Shown here one piece after another: positions 19,499 to 30,474 of a DNA stretch of 64,000 bases. The DNA comes from Nitrospirota bacterium (GTDB lineage Bacteria; Nitrospirota; UBA9217): assembly GCA_963737155.1 (NCBI GenBank), contig CAVTRN010000002.1:128001-192000 (forward strand), in the 5' to 3' direction. How positions within the stretch are numbered: position 1 is the first letter of the stretch; each line of letters opens with the position of its first letter. The position numbers and the translations under genes are program-made. A model generated the notes under the pieces. That model saw only the letters and a list, made by a program, of their open reading frames with translations, was not told the DNA's origin and did no database searches.

Positions 19499-22111
19499 AT
19501 GAAATCCAATGCCGACCAGCCCGAAGCTCCAGAATCTAAGCCCAATGTGAAGGACGATCTAAAATCCCTTCCCATGCAGGAATTGCAGGCAAAATTGAGG
19601 TCGTCGCCGGATGGCCTCAGTCAAGCTGAGGCGCAGAAACGGCTGACTAAATATGGGCCTAACGAGATTGAAGATAAGAAAACCAATCCGTTCCTGAAAT
19701 TCCTTACCTATTTTTGGGGTCCTATCCCGTGGATGATCGAAGCGGCCGTGATCCTTTCGGCGGTAGACCGGCATTGGCCGGACTTTGCCATCATCCTCCT
19801 TCTACTTCTGGCCAACGCCATGGTCGGATTCTGGGAAGAACACCAGGCGGGCAATGCCATCGCCGCGCTGAAGGCCAAGCTGGCGATCAAGGCCCGGGTG
19901 AAACGAGATGGGAAGTGGATCAACCCGGCGGCGCGTGAGTTAGTGCCGGGCGACGTCATCCGCGTGCGTTTGGGCGACATCGTGCCGGCAGACGCGCGCT
20001 TGCTGGAGGGCGACCCGATAGAGGTAGATCAGTCATCGCTGACGGGAGAGTCGTTGCCTGCTACGCGAAAACCTGGCGAGTCTGTGTTTTCAGGTTCGAT
20101 TATCCGCTTGGGCGAAATCGGCGCGCTCGTGTACGCCACGGGCCAAAACACCTACTTCGGCAAGACTGCGCAACTGGTGCAGGAGGCGCACACAGTCAGC
20201 CATTTCCAACGCGCGGTGTTGAAGATCGGCAATTACTTGATCATCCTCGCAGTGACCTTGGTGGTGTTGATTCTGGGCGTCGCGCTATTCCGCGGTGACC
20301 GGATGCTCACCACGCTTCAGTTCGCATTGGTGTTGACGGTGGCCGCGATTCCCGTGGCAATGCCCACGGTGCTGTCCGTGACTATGGCGGTCGGTGCGCG
20401 CCTGCTGGCCAAAAAAGAGGCGATTGTGACCCGGTTGGCGGCCATCGAGGAATTGGCGGGCGTGGACATGCTGTGCGCGGACAAAACCGGCACCCTGACC
20501 CAGAACAAGCTGACGCTGGACGACCCGTTCAGCGTCAGCGGCATCCCTGCCGATCAAGTAATCCTCAACGCTGCGCTGGCGTCGCGCGCGGACAATAAGG
20601 ACACGATTGACCTAGCCGTGCTGGGCGGCCTGAAAAATGATCAGGCATTGAAAGGCTACGAGGTGGTTCACTTCCAGCCGTTTGACCCGGTGCATAAGCG
20701 CACCGAAGCCACCGTTAAGGGCACGGACGGAAGGGAATTCAGGGTGACTAAAGGCGCGCCGCAGGTGATCTTGGCGTTGTCGGCCAATGCAGGGCAGGTC
20801 AAGCCCGCCATTGAGAAAGCCGTCAACGAATTTGCGGCGCGCGGCTTCCGCTCGTTGGGTGTGGCTCGGGCGGACGCGCAAGGTCCATGGCAGTTTCTGG
20901 GCGTGTTGCCCCTGTTCGACCCGCCCCGGGGAGAAGCCAAAGCGACCATCGCGAGTGCCTGGCAGATGGGCGTGAACGTCAAGATGGTTACGGGCGATCA
21001 ACTGGCCATTGCCCAGGAAACCGCCAAAAAATTAGGGATGGGCACAAATATCCTCGATGCCAGCGGCTTCGGAGACACGAAGCATCACGAGATGGCACAG
21101 TTGGCAGAGTCTATCGAAAAAGCGGACGGGTTCGCCCAGGTGTTCCCCGAACACAAGTTCCACATTGTGGATATCCTTCAGCAACGCGGCCACATCGTCG
21201 GCATGACAGGCGACGGGGTGAACGATGCCCCCGCGCTGAAGAAGGCCGACTGCGGCATCGCCGTTTCGGGCGCGACGGACGCGGCACGCGCGGCAGCGTC
21301 CATCGTGCTTTTGACGCCCGGCTTATCGGTGATTATTGACGCGATTAAGGAGAGCCGGAAAATCTTTCAGCGGATGAACAGCTATGCTATATACCGCATC
21401 GCCGAAACACTGCGCGTGCTGTTCTTCATGACGCTGGCGATTCTGATCTTTAACTTTTATCCATTGACGGCGGTGATGATCGTGATCCTGGCGTTGCTCA
21501 ACGACGGAGCAATCCTGTCTATCGCGTATGACAACGTTCATTACAAGAATAAGCCCGAGGCATGGAGCATGCGCATGGTACTGGGGGTCGCCACGGTGCT
21601 GGGCGTTGTCGGGGTCGTCTCCGCCTTCGGCTTATTTTATCTCGCTGAGCGCGTTTTTCATCTCGACCGTGCGCACATCCAGACACTGATGTATTTGAAG
21701 CTGTCCGTGGCGGGACATCTAACGATTTTTCTGACGCGCACACGCGGCCCGTTCTGGTCTATACGCCCTGCGCGGATTTTGCTGCTGGCGGTGTTCGGTA
21801 CTCAAGTGGTAGCGACTCTGATCGCGGTTTATGGGTTGTTTATGACGCCACTCGGCTGGGGCTGGGCCCTGTTCGTTTGGGGCTATGCACTGGTGTGGTT
21901 CCTCGTGAATGACCGTGTGAAACTAGTTACGTATCGTGCGTTCGATCCAACTGCCGCGCCCTTATTGGCCAAGAACCCGGTCGATGTGAATTCGCAGATC
22001 GCCAAGCGTGCTTATGAACTGTACGAGCAGCGAGGCCGCCAGGACGGTCGAGCAGTTCAGGACTGGCGGGAGGCGGAGCAGGAGATTCGGAAAGAAGAAC
22101 CCCATAAATAA
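19499..22111 (+). CDS. Plasma-membrane-type proton-efflux P-type ATPase (P3A) with a C-terminal DUF2934-like tail
   Basis: FWGPIPWMIE, TGES, IPVAMP, CADKTGTLT, PFDPVHKRT, KGAPQ, GDGVNDAPALK, LNDGA; tail IAKRAYELYEQRGRQDG...DWREAEQEI. Confidence 0.93.
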   Translation: MKSNADQPEAPESKPNVKDDLKSLPMQELQAKLRSSPDGLSQAEAQKRLTKYGPNEIEDKKTNPFLKFLTYFWGPIPWMIEAAVILSAVDRHWPDFAIILLLLLANAMVGFWEEHQAGNAIAALKAKLAIKARVKRDGKWINPAARELVPGDVIRVRLGDIVPADARLLEGDPIEVDQSSLTGESLPATRKPGESVFSGSIIRLGEIGALVYATGQNTYFGKTAQLVQEAHTVSHFQRAVLKIGNYLIILAVTLVVLILGVALFRGDRMLTTLQFALVLTVAAIPVAMPTVLSVTMAVGARLLAKKEAIVTRLAAIEELAGVDMLCADKTGTLTQNKLTLDDPFSVSGIPADQVILNAALASRADNKDTIDLAVLGGLKNDQALKGYEVVHFQPFDPVHKRTEATVKGTDGREFRVTKGAPQVILALSANAGQVKPAIEKAVNEFAARGFRSLGVARADAQGPWQFLGVLPLFDPPRGEAKATIASAWQMGVNVKMVTGDQLAIAQETAKKLGMGTNILDASGFGDTKHHEMAQLAESIEKADGFAQVFPEHKFHIVDILQQRGHIVGMTGDGVNDAPALKKADCGIAVSGATDAARAAASIVLLTPGLSVIIDAIKESRKIFQRMNSYAIYRIAETLRVLFFMTLAILIFNFYPLTAVMIVILALLNDGAILSIAYDNVHYKNKPEAWSMRMVLGVATVLGVVGVVSAFGLFYLAERVFHLDRAHIQTLMYLKLSVAGHLTIFLTRTRGPFWSIRPARILLLAVFGTQVVATLIAVYGLFMTPLGWGWALFVWGYALVWFLVNDRVKLVTYRAFDPTAAPLLAKNPVDVNSQIAKRAYELYEQRGRQDGRAVQDWREAEQEIRKEEPHK

Positions 22112-22232
22112 GCAGACGCGAACCGCGCGAAAGGAGGAGAACGTCTCGGGGATTGTATGTATAATAGCACAGAATATGGTGGCTTAAAGTATCAGCTTTG
22201 TATTGACAGAATGCATCTGAATTATGAAGGTA

Positions 22233-22272
22233 AATATGACAGTCGGATGATTTCCGACTGTCATATTTTTTT
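22233..22272. terminator. Long perfect hairpin with a U tract
   Basis: aaatatgacagtcgga-tgatt-tccgactgtcatattt followed by a T run. Confidence 0.75.
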
Positions 22273-22445
22273 AATCACGTCGCAATAAAGTGCTGACTAC
22301 AAGTTATAAATTACAGTGTTATAAAATTGGCATCGTCATCAGCTACAGGAATTAGGTGTGTTTTTGTCTTGATATAAGAAAAACAAGATTACAGTCTGAA
22401 ATTAACGTCAAGGACACAGGTAGAAAATGTGCATAGTGTCGCCAA

Positions 22446-22503
22446 ACGATCTTCGGGTCTAAAACCCGAAGGTCGTCGGATCAAATCCGGACCACCGCTA
22501 CCA
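22446..22503 (+). other. Degenerate 3' half of tRNA-fMet (att-site scar)
   Basis: cgggtctaaaacccgaaggtcgtcggatcaaatccggaccaccgctacca resembles the initiator tRNA anticodon arm, T arm and CCA. The 5' half is absent and the anticodon is mutated. Confidence 0.75.
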
Positions 22504-22553
22504 AACTTATCAATGACTTACGGTATTTCGTAAAAACCTTGTTTATTTTAATA

Positions 22554-22700
22554 TTGACAGAATATAAATACTAATGTAAATTTACTTAGTATTTTAATTA
22601 ATGCAGTTGCTTTGGACTAAATCACTAAAATAAATAAATCTATTTAATTACTAATTTCCTACTAATAAATATAAAATTAGTAATTAAACCAAAAATTAAA
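22554..22700 (+). promoter_or_regulatory. Very AT-rich fic promoter region with repeated TACTAA/TTAGTA motifs
   Basis: TTGACA at 22554; several tactaa/ttagta copies in direct and inverted arrangement. Confidence 0.45.
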
Positions 22701-22708
22701 TATTTATT

Positions 22709-24031
22709 ATGAAAATACCTGAAAAAACACCCAATATAATATCAGAAATACCACTTGCAATTACACTTTTCAATCAAATCGAACCGGTCTTAAGAAAAGC
22801 TAACAACGAGTATATGTATTGGGACACGTTTAAGTATCTGACATTTCCGCAAGGTATAACACCCGAGCAGGCTTGGGCCATTCTGAAAATGAACAGATCG
22901 TTTCAGCGAAGGTTTCTTTCGCTTGAAGATTCGGAGGGAAAACCTTTTACCTACTGGCTCCCTGATTGCGTTCAAAAAGAGGTTCATTTTATTGACCAGC
23001 AGGCTGGAGGTACGATTCTTATTGACGATCCCTCTGTTCCTGCGGAAGAAAAAAAAAGATATATGATGCGATCCTTAGTAGAGGAAGCAATATCTTCAAG
23101 TCAAATTGAAGGCGCTGCTACAACCACAGTCGTAGCAAAAGAAATGCTTCGCACTGGCAGAAAACCCAATGATCGATCGGAACAAATGATCTTCAATAAT
23201 TATGAAGCGATGCAAATGATAAAGACGCATCTGCAAGAACCATTAACCACTGATCTAATTCTCAATATACATACTCACATGACGAAAGATACTTTGGAAG
23301 ATCCATCTTGGGCCGGACGGTACAGAACATCTAGTGACGACCTAATTCATGTAATAGATCCTTCTCAAGATCAAACGGTTCTTCATATACCGCCTGACCC
23401 TACACGTATTCCGGTTTTAATGCAGAGTCTTTGCGAATTTGCAAACAGCGATGGTATAGATGAGTTTGTAAATCCGATCGTGAAGGGGATCTTGCTTCAT
23501 TTCTGGCTTGCCTATATTCATCCGTTTATGGATGGGAACGGACGAACGGCAAGAGCACTCCTCTATTGGTACATGACGAAGCATGGTTATTGGGTGTTTG
23601 AGTATTTGTCAGTATCAACGGCAATACTTAGCGCCCGTGCACAATATTACCGATCATTTCTTTATTCGGAAATGGACGGCAATGATGCCACGTATTTTAT
23701 AGTTTATAATTTGAAGGCAATACACAAAGCAATCGAGATGCAGAATGATTACATCCGGAGAAAACAGAAGGAGAAAAGGCATACCTACCGACTTGCTGAG
23801 AAATACAGTTCCGTAAATCCTAGACAACGAATGTTACTTGCAAGCGCATTTGAAAAACCAGATGAGATTTATACCATAGATACGCATGCCCGAGTCCATG
23901 GAATTACCTACCAGACGGCACGAACTGATTTACTAGGCTTGAAGAGTCTCGGATTGCTTAATATGAGAAAGGAGGGTAGAAAATTTGTTTTTCTTCCGGC
24001 TTCGGATCTTCGTCAAAAATTGGGAGAGTAA
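22709..24031 (+). CDS. fic: Fic family protein with a C-terminal HTH
   Basis: Canonical HPFMDGNGRTAR; inhibitory-type SSQIEG motif; C-terminal TYQTARTDLLGL helix-turn-helix. Confidence 0.93.
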   Translation: MKIPEKTPNIISEIPLAITLFNQIEPVLRKANNEYMYWDTFKYLTFPQGITPEQAWAILKMNRSFQRRFLSLEDSEGKPFTYWLPDCVQKEVHFIDQQAGGTILIDDPSVPAEEKKRYMMRSLVEEAISSSQIEGAATTTVVAKEMLRTGRKPNDRSEQMIFNNYEAMQMIKTHLQEPLTTDLILNIHTHMTKDTLEDPSWAGRYRTSSDDLIHVIDPSQDQTVLHIPPDPTRIPVLMQSLCEFANSDGIDEFVNPIVKGILLHFWLAYIHPFMDGNGRTARALLYWYMTKHGYWVFEYLSVSTAILSARAQYYRSFLYSEMDGNDATYFIVYNLKAIHKAIEMQNDYIRRKQKEKRHTYRLAEKYSSVNPRQRMLLASAFEKPDEIYTIDTHARVHGITYQTARTDLLGLKSLGLLNMRKEGRKFVFLPASDLRQKLGE

Positions 24032-24044
24032 ACAGTAATCGGCA

Positions 24045-24251
24045 ATGCAGCCGGCTGAATATATAGACCCTGCATCAAGCCTTGAGGATTTAAAGGTGCC
24101 TCTCAGAAACCGGCTTCATGTCCTGACAGACGATCGGGAGGATCAATATTTTTTGGCTTTTGAGGGTCCTTGGGATTCATGCCCGGAATGGGTAGCCCGG
24201 CAACTCGGGCAGTCGACTAATGCTACGATGCGATCAAGCTACAGCGCTTAA
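24045..24251 (+). pseudogene. Chimeric remnant: HigB/RelE toxin fragment joined to a tyrosine-integrase C-terminal fragment
   Basis: ASSLEDLKVPLRNRLHVLTDDREDQY (HigB-like) followed by CPEWVARQLGQS..M...Y (integrase box II-like, His lost). Confidence 0.55.
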
Positions 24252-24279
24252 GGTCCCGGGTCGTATACCCGCCTCAGCC

Positions 24280-24565
24280 TTACTGGTTCCTCAACTCGTC
24301 AAAATCCGCACGATCACGGTAGTGTTGGGCGATTGTGAGGATATCGTCTTCTAAGGTGGTGGCCAGTACCGCATACTCATATCCCTTGGCAACTCTGGGC
24401 GCTTCCACAAACCCAAGTTCCATCTGATCCTTCTGCTGCAGGCTTATTGGTACATCTCCCGCAAGCGCTCGACGAAGAATAATAACGCGACGAGGTTTCT
24501 GCCATCCCATGAGTTGAAGGAATTTTTCCACACCCTCCCAGCCCTGTCCGGCATCTACCCAGTCG
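24280..24565 (-). pseudogene. IS1380-like transposase fragment
   Basis: DWVDAGQGWEGVE...GWQKPRRVIILRR...YEYAVLATTL...AQHYRDRAD..DELRNQ. Confidence 0.7.
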
Positions 24566-24807
24566 TTACTATAGAATCTAATACGCTACGGCAGCCTTTT
24601 GGTACCCCCCTAACTCAATCGCTAAAGTTATTTCAATTTTAGCCGATAGAATAAAGTAAATAATCAAATAACACCTCTATGTGTGAATCCTGTGTTCATG
24701 ACGCCGGTGCGCATAATTTTACCCGCGTTCGTACCAGGATCTAACAAGAAACACCGATTTGAGCCGCGTAAGCGTCCAAAAAACATAACATAAGTGAGGG
24801 GGGGCTA

Positions 24808-26778
24808 ATGAAATTCAAAAATTTATCGTTGCGATGGCAGACTACAATACCGATTATCATATTGGTTGCTATCGGCATCAGTGTGACAGTCGCTGCAACA
24901 GGCTACAAAACGAAGGAAATCGTGCTGCAAGAAATCCAGCAAACCGTCCTCAAGAGCTATCGGGATACTGTTTTGAACGCCATGACCACGATGATGTCTA
25001 CAGGAAATTACGCAGAGGCCCGGGGGTCATTTCTTGACCAGATGCAAAAAATAGCCGATGTGAAGGTCATGCGAACAACCAATGTTGACAAAGACTTTGC
25101 GCCTGCCAAGGGGCAAACGTCCGATTACCCTTCAGACTCCATGGAGAAAGAAGTAGTTGATACAGGCGTTGGTAAGGTAGAAATTGACGGGGCTTATGTC
25201 CGTGGTGTCTACCCTTATATCGCGAGTAGTAATTTTATGGGTAAAAACTGTCTTTCCTGTCATACGGTGAAGGAAGGAGATATTCTTGGTGTCGTAAGCA
25301 TAAAAATACCGATAACGGAATCTCTGGGCAGAATACAGTCACTGCAGTATCTGTATACGGTGCTTGGTCTTTTAGGGATTGTGGCTCTGGCGGCATTTAT
25401 ATTCGCAATCGTAAGCTTTTCGCTCAAACCGCTCGCAAAATTTGTCACAGAGGTTGGAGAAACAAGCCACAAATATTCCAACCTGGATATCTCGTATAAG
25501 GGCGGTAACGAGATATCCCATGTGGCTGGCAATGTAACAAAACTTGTCCATAATCTTGCCTCGATGATCAACGGGATATTGTTGACAAGCAGCAAAACAT
25601 TCCCCGTAATCGATGTTCTTAAAGACGCTGTTGCGAAGACTTCGCAAGGCGCAAAAAAGCAATCCGAGCAGTCGACGCAGATTGCCACAGCTGCAGAGGA
25701 GATGTCCCAGACCATAAACGATATTGCTCGCAACGCGGCCAGCGCGTCCGAGACTTCGGCGGGTGCGTTGAAAATTGCAGTAAAAGGCAAGGAAACGGTT
25801 GATCATGCAGTTACAAGTGTGAAAGAGGTACACAAGTCATCGGTGGAGCTCGCTGCTATGGTCGCTAATCTCAATAGTCGCGTGGGCGAAATAGGGAATA
25901 TTGCGACCATGATCAAGGGCATCGCTGACCAGACAAATTTGCTTGCCCTCAACGCCGCGATCGAGGCAGCGCGCGCAGGAGAACAGGGCAGGGGGTTTGC
26001 CGTGGTGGCTGATGAGGTGAGAAAGCTTGCGGAAAGGACCATCAACGCGACGGCCGATATCACCGGCAAAATCGAGTCAGTGCAAGCGGAATCCGAGAAG
26101 ACAGCTGTATTTATGGATGAAACGACCAAAAAATCCGAAGGCGCCGCAGGAAGCATCGGGGAGGTAGGAAGCGCCCTGGGTTCCATTCTGGGTGAGGTAC
26201 AGCGCGTCAAAGACGAAATTACCAAAATAGCTGCCGCAGTCGAAGAACAGTCGGCGGCAACCGAAGAAGTTACAAAGAACATAGAAGCCACCTCCACGAT
26301 CGCCAAGGATATTGAGACGTTGTCGGATAGTGTATCTACCGAAGTGTCAAAACTCGCCCAGGTTGGTGAAGAACTAAGAACTGTAACGGGGAGTGTGGTG
26401 ACTCAAAGCAGCGCGACAATCATGCTTGAGGTGGCGAAAAACGACCACCGCGCATTCGTGGGCAAAATAGCCGCCTGTCTAAAAGGGGAGCTCCAAATGG
26501 ACGAAAACCAGCTGCCTGACCATCACACTTGCAGGTTCGGAAAGTGGTATGACAAGGATGGCCATAAAATTTGCGGGCATATGTCCAGCTACAAGGCAGT
26601 AGAAGAACCTCATAAAGATATACACCGGCTGTCAAAAGAAGCCATTGCAGCTTACCGTACCGGCAACCGGGAAAAAGCGGAGCAGATATATAAGGCGGTA
26701 GAAGCAGCATCGATGAAGGTTATCGGATCTATCGACCGGGTAAAGGATGAGTGCATGACGAACATGAACAATGCATGA
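24808..26778 (+). CDS. Methyl-accepting chemotaxis protein with a periplasmic c-type heme motif and a C-terminal CZB domain
   Basis: Two TM helices with CLSCH between them; [38 protein letters not shown]; DH..F...[11 protein letters not shown]...H..IH. Confidence 0.95.
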   Translation: MKFKNLSLRWQTTIPIIILVAIGISVTVAATGYKTKEIVLQEIQQTVLKSYRDTVLNAMTTMMSTGNYAEARGSFLDQMQKIADVKVMRTTNVDKDFAPAKGQTSDYPSDSMEKEVVDTGVGKVEIDGAYVRGVYPYIASSNFMGKNCLSCHTVKEGDILGVVSIKIPITESLGRIQSLQYLYTVLGLLGIVALAAFIFAIVSFSLKPLAKFVTEVGETSHKYSNLDISYKGGNEISHVAGNVTKLVHNLASMINGILLTSSKTFPVIDVLKDAVAKTSQGAKKQSEQSTQIATAAEEMSQTINDIARNAASASETSAGALKIAVKGKETVDHAVTSVKEVHKSSVELAAMVANLNSRVGEIGNIATMIKGIADQTNLLALNAAIEAARAGEQGRGFAVVADEVRKLAERTINATADITGKIESVQAESEKTAVFMDETTKKSEGAAGSIGEVGSALGSILGEVQRVKDEITKIAAAVEEQSAATEEVTKNIEATSTIAKDIETLSDSVSTEVSKLAQVGEELRTVTGSVVTQSSATIMLEVAKNDHRAFVGKIAACLKGELQMDENQLPDHHTCRFGKWYDKDGHKICGHMSSYKAVEEPHKDIHRLSKEAIAAYRTGNREKAEQIYKAVEAASMKVIGSIDRVKDECMTNMNNA

Positions 26779-26811
26779 TGCACTGATCGTAGTTTAAGTC
26801 ATACACATTCA

Positions 26812-26850
26812 AGGCTGCCCGGCGGAAATGCCGCGGCAGCCTCTTTTATT
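26812..26850 (+). terminator. Intrinsic terminator
   Basis: aggctgcc-cggc-ggaaat-gccg-c-ggcagcct followed by cttttatt. Confidence 0.7.
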
Positions 26851-27294
26851 CGAGGAGACCAAAAAGTTTCTCGTGCCGTTTCTCCGTCGGATAAGCCCTG
26901 GATTTAACTCCGCTTGTTACCGGTGCCATGCGAAGCGACTGGTTATCAGATCAGATGGATTGGCACCTGCAGAAAAGGTCGGCGCCCGTAAGAATATCCA
27001 GGCTCGGGAAATGTGCCGCGTGCTTCGACTTTATTGTTCTCCTCGAAAAAACCAAGACCGGCACCGGGTGTCGGCGAGTTGGACGAGTGTATACTGAACG
27101 CAGCCTGTTTCAGAACGTTTCTATCGTGGAACTCTAAGCTGCAGCAGTTCTTCTGCCGCAAAAATACGCCATCGAAATCCTTGACAAAAAAAAGCACTAC
27201 CGTATAATCATCCCATCCATTCCTGGGGATTTTGGTGTTTTCTTAGTCAGGATCTGCAATAATAGTTCGTGACCATTCGACCTGAGGGGGGATT

Positions 27295-28155
27295 GTGCGC
27301 GCCAGAACGCTAGGAGTCATCGCCCTGTTGCTTTTCTTCTGCGTCTTTCTCTTCCATTTCTCGGCAAAACGTCAGCCCACCGGAGAAGAGATGAGCCGGT
27401 TCGACTTCCTCCGCCAGCCGCGCGCGTGGAAGGGGAAGCCCGCGCCCGAACTGACGCTCGATCTGCTGAACAACGAAAAGTTCGTCCTGTCCGACCACGT
27501 GGGCAGGAAGGCCATCGTCCTCAATTTCTTCGCCACCTGGTGCGGGCCCTGCAAGGAGGAGATGCCGGAGCTTGTCAGGTTCGCGGTAAAGCACAAGGAC
27601 GAACCCTTCACGATGATCGGCATCGACGCCAACGAGAGCGAGGACGCGGTGCGCGATTTCATGAGGTATTACAGCGTCGCCTATCCCGTGGCCATCGATA
27701 AGGGCGAGGCGCAAAAGGCCTTCGGGGTCCGCGCCTTCCCCACCACGGTCTTCATCGGCGCCGACGGGATCGTCCAGATCTACGAGGCGGGATCGATCCA
27801 GAACGCGGATGTCGCCTTCGAGGCTCCTTACAAGGCTACGCTCGCGGCGATCCAGGCCGGAAGAGGCGTCACGAAAGAGGCCTTCCTGCAGCTGCAGGCG
27901 ACGGTTAGGCGGGTCGCCTCCGCAGGAACAACGACGGAGGAAAAGAAGGTTGACCCCGAGGACGACATCCCTCCGGGCCGCGCCAGGGAGATCGCGATGA
28001 AGATGAACTGCCCCTGTGGGTGCACGCACAAGCTGATGGAATGCACGTGCAAGACCGCGAAGGACATCAAGGCGAAGCTCAAGACCATGGACCTCACGGG
28101 CAAGACGGACGAAGAGGTTATCACGCTGCTCAATAAGGAGTACTGCATGAAATGA
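27295..28155 (+). CDS. TlpA-family thiol-disulfide oxidoreductase with a Cys-rich CcmH-like C-terminal domain
   Basis: N-terminal TM, LNFFATWCGPCKEEMP, FPTTVFI; C-terminal CPCGC...ECTC..A..IK....GKTDEEVI. Confidence 0.85.
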   Translation: MRARTLGVIALLLFFCVFLFHFSAKRQPTGEEMSRFDFLRQPRAWKGKPAPELTLDLLNNEKFVLSDHVGRKAIVLNFFATWCGPCKEEMPELVRFAVKHKDEPFTMIGIDANESEDAVRDFMRYYSVAYPVAIDKGEAQKAFGVRAFPTTVFIGADGIVQIYEAGSIQNADVAFEAPYKATLAAIQAGRGVTKEAFLQLQATVRRVASAGTTTEEKKVDPEDDIPPGRAREIAMKMNCPCGCTHKLMECTCKTAKDIKAKLKTMDLTGKTDEEVITLLNKEYCMK

Positions 28156-29048
28156 TGGTCTCCGCCGAGAACGTTTCTGTCAAGTTCCGGAAGGGCCTGT
28201 TCAAGGGCACGATCCGGGCGCTCGATTCTTTCACCCTCGATGTACGGGAAGGAGACATCTTTGCCCTCCTGGGGCCGAACGGAGCGGGCAAGTCCACGGC
28301 CATGTATTGCTTCCTGGGCCTGGTCCGTCCCGACACGGGGACCGTCTCCATCTTTGGCCGCACGCCCGAACCGGGGAGCGACCTCTTCCACGACATCGCC
28401 TACCTCCCCGAAGAACCGCACTATCACCAATACCTCACGGTGCAGGAGGCTGTCCGCTACTATGCCCGGCTGCAGGGCATCTCCGGCCTTCCCGTGGCGC
28501 GCGCCATCGACCGTGTGGGCCTGGGCGAGTTCAAGGACCTCCTGCTTTCGAAGTGCTCCAAGGGCATGAAGCAGAAGGTTGGCATAGCCCAGTGCCTCAT
28601 CAACAACCCGAGGCTCGTGTTCCTCGACGAACCTACGCGCGGCCTGGACCCGGTTGCGGTCAAGGAGTTCCGCGACGTGCTGGTGGAACTGAACAAGAAT
28701 GGCGCTACGATCGTGCTGAACTCCCACGTCCTGTCGGAGATCGAGATGATCTGCAACCGCGCTGCCATCATGAACAAAGGCAAAGTGGTGGCCCAGGACG
28801 AGATGGCGCGGCTTCGCGGCACGAGCCTCGAGACCTATCGGGTCGAATGCGCGCCCTTCGATCCGCTGCCGGACTATCTCAAGGTCCTCGTGCGCACGCC
28901 CACGAGCGTCAAGGGCGAGATCCCTGCGGAGCGGCTGGACGAGTTCATGCGGCTGATGACCGTACCGGGCAGAAAGCTCATTGAATGCACGCTCAAACGG
29001 GCCACGCTCGAGGATTCCTTCTTTTCCATCCTGAAAGGAGGGGCCTGA
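28152..29048 (+). CDS. ABC transporter ATP-binding protein (PilH-like)
   Basis: GPNGAGKST, SKGMKQKVGIAQ, FLDEPTRGLDP, NSHVLSE. Confidence 0.93.
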   Translation: MMVSAENVSVKFRKGLFKGTIRALDSFTLDVREGDIFALLGPNGAGKSTAMYCFLGLVRPDTGTVSIFGRTPEPGSDLFHDIAYLPEEPHYHQYLTVQEAVRYYARLQGISGLPVARAIDRVGLGEFKDLLLSKCSKGMKQKVGIAQCLINNPRLVFLDEPTRGLDPVAVKEFRDVLVELNKNGATIVLNSHVLSEIEMICNRAAIMNKGKVVAQDEMARLRGTSLETYRVECAPFDPLPDYLKVLVRTPTSVKGEIPAERLDEFMRLMTVPGRKLIECTLKRATLEDSFFSILKGGA

Positions 29049-29049
29049 C

Positions 29050-29862
29050 ATGTACGCGCAGCTCTGGGCGAACATCGCCACAAACCTGGTCTTTTACCGC
29101 AGGAACCGGCTGATCGTGGCAGCCGTGATCTTCATCGTGGTCATCATGGGCCTCACGACGATACCCGCGGTCATCTTTACGTCCAGGTCGCAGCACCTGG
29201 AGCAGATCAAGATCGTGATGAAGCTCGTGACCACGTTCGCCATGGTCGTGACTGCGGGCCTGGGCCTGATGCTTGTGTCGCAACACATCCGTGACCGCTC
29301 GGTCAAGATGGTCTTCACCAAGCCCTGCCTGCCCGAAATCTGGCTCCTGTCGAGCTTCCTTTCCGCCGGCCTTGTTGCCGCCGTACTCTTCGCCATCGCG
29401 CTCCTCGTCACGTCGCTCCTGTCCGTGGTCTGGAGCATCCCCTTCCAGTCCGGCATCGTATACATTCTCCTGAACGACTATTTCCAGGCAATGAGCCTCA
29501 TGGCCTTCGCCACCTTCCTCTCCGTGGTCTTCCATCCGGTCCTGGCGCTCTTCGTCCTCTTCGTGCTGCAGGAAGGCCTGTTCTACTGGCTCAAGGTGAT
29601 ACTTGCGGGAGGCATCAAGATGGCAGGAGAGAGCACGATCGCCCCGCTGCTCAAGTTCATCAAAGCGATCGTAGACGCGCTCTACATGCTCTGGCCCACC
29701 TTCAGCCCTTATGGAACGAAGATGGAACAGATCTCCAAGACCCTGCGCGGCTCAGACGCGGACTGGACTTACCTCGCGCTCGCCATCGTCTACGCAGTGG
29801 TGCTGACAGCGATGTTCTACTTTTTGACGGGGTATGTGTTGAAGAAGAAGAGGTATGTGTAG
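29050..29862 (+). CDS. ABC-2 type permease (PilI-like)
   Basis: Six hydrophobic segments; IRDRSVKMVFTKP cytoplasmic loop; coupled to the ATPase gene. Confidence 0.85.
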   Translation: MYAQLWANIATNLVFYRRNRLIVAAVIFIVVIMGLTTIPAVIFTSRSQHLEQIKIVMKLVTTFAMVVTAGLGLMLVSQHIRDRSVKMVFTKPCLPEIWLLSSFLSAGLVAAVLFAIALLVTSLLSVVWSIPFQSGIVYILLNDYFQAMSLMAFATFLSVVFHPVLALFVLFVLQEGLFYWLKVILAGGIKMAGESTIAPLLKFIKAIVDALYMLWPTFSPYGTKMEQISKTLRGSDADWTYLALAIVYAVVLTAMFYFLTGYVLKKKRYV

Positions 29863-30474
29863 GAGGGATCGTTAAGGGTCAAGATTTGATTGGTGGCTGG
29901 GCATAACGACAGAATCACGTCTGGCCCGGAACGGTTTAGACTTTGGAATTGATATTCTGAGAACGCATTGGGGTAGGGGGCCCGAAGTGCAAGCCACCGA
30001 CTATCTTGATGCGTGCCGGTTAGGCATGAATGCGGATGGCCGCATACTGAGCCGGCTAAGAGGGGCCATTCCCGGAAAAATCCGACACGTCGGCACTCTT
30101 TTTCGCTCAAATCCCGCACTTCAGGAATGGGTCCGCGAGGTTCACCCCGAGATTTCCTTCCGGGGCCAGCTCGCAACCTCCCATACCCGTTATCCAGCAT
30201 ACCCATTTTGTTCTTTATATTTCCGACCGATACCGTTATAATTTTGTGAGTCGGGCAAGACTCATCTTCTTGTATCATAAGATAGTTACCTCTCTTGACC
30301 ATTAAATACTTCACCGAAAATTCGTTACGTGGATCGTCCGGCTGCCTCTGGCCTGAAAAAAAACAATCAAACGCCGCAAGCAGATAGATGTTTTTAGCAT
30401 TGACGATTCATCAAATATCTTTTTTGAGTTCTTGGAAAAAGTCAGGATTCAGAAAAGAAACGGGAGTGCATGCA

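Noticed and set aside
27310-29535. Long antisense or alternate-frame ORFs (e.g. 27828-29081, 27310-28029; also 2683-3396, 45946-48183, 9566-10189)
   Set aside because: Shadows of GC-rich real genes, with no motifs or RBS.
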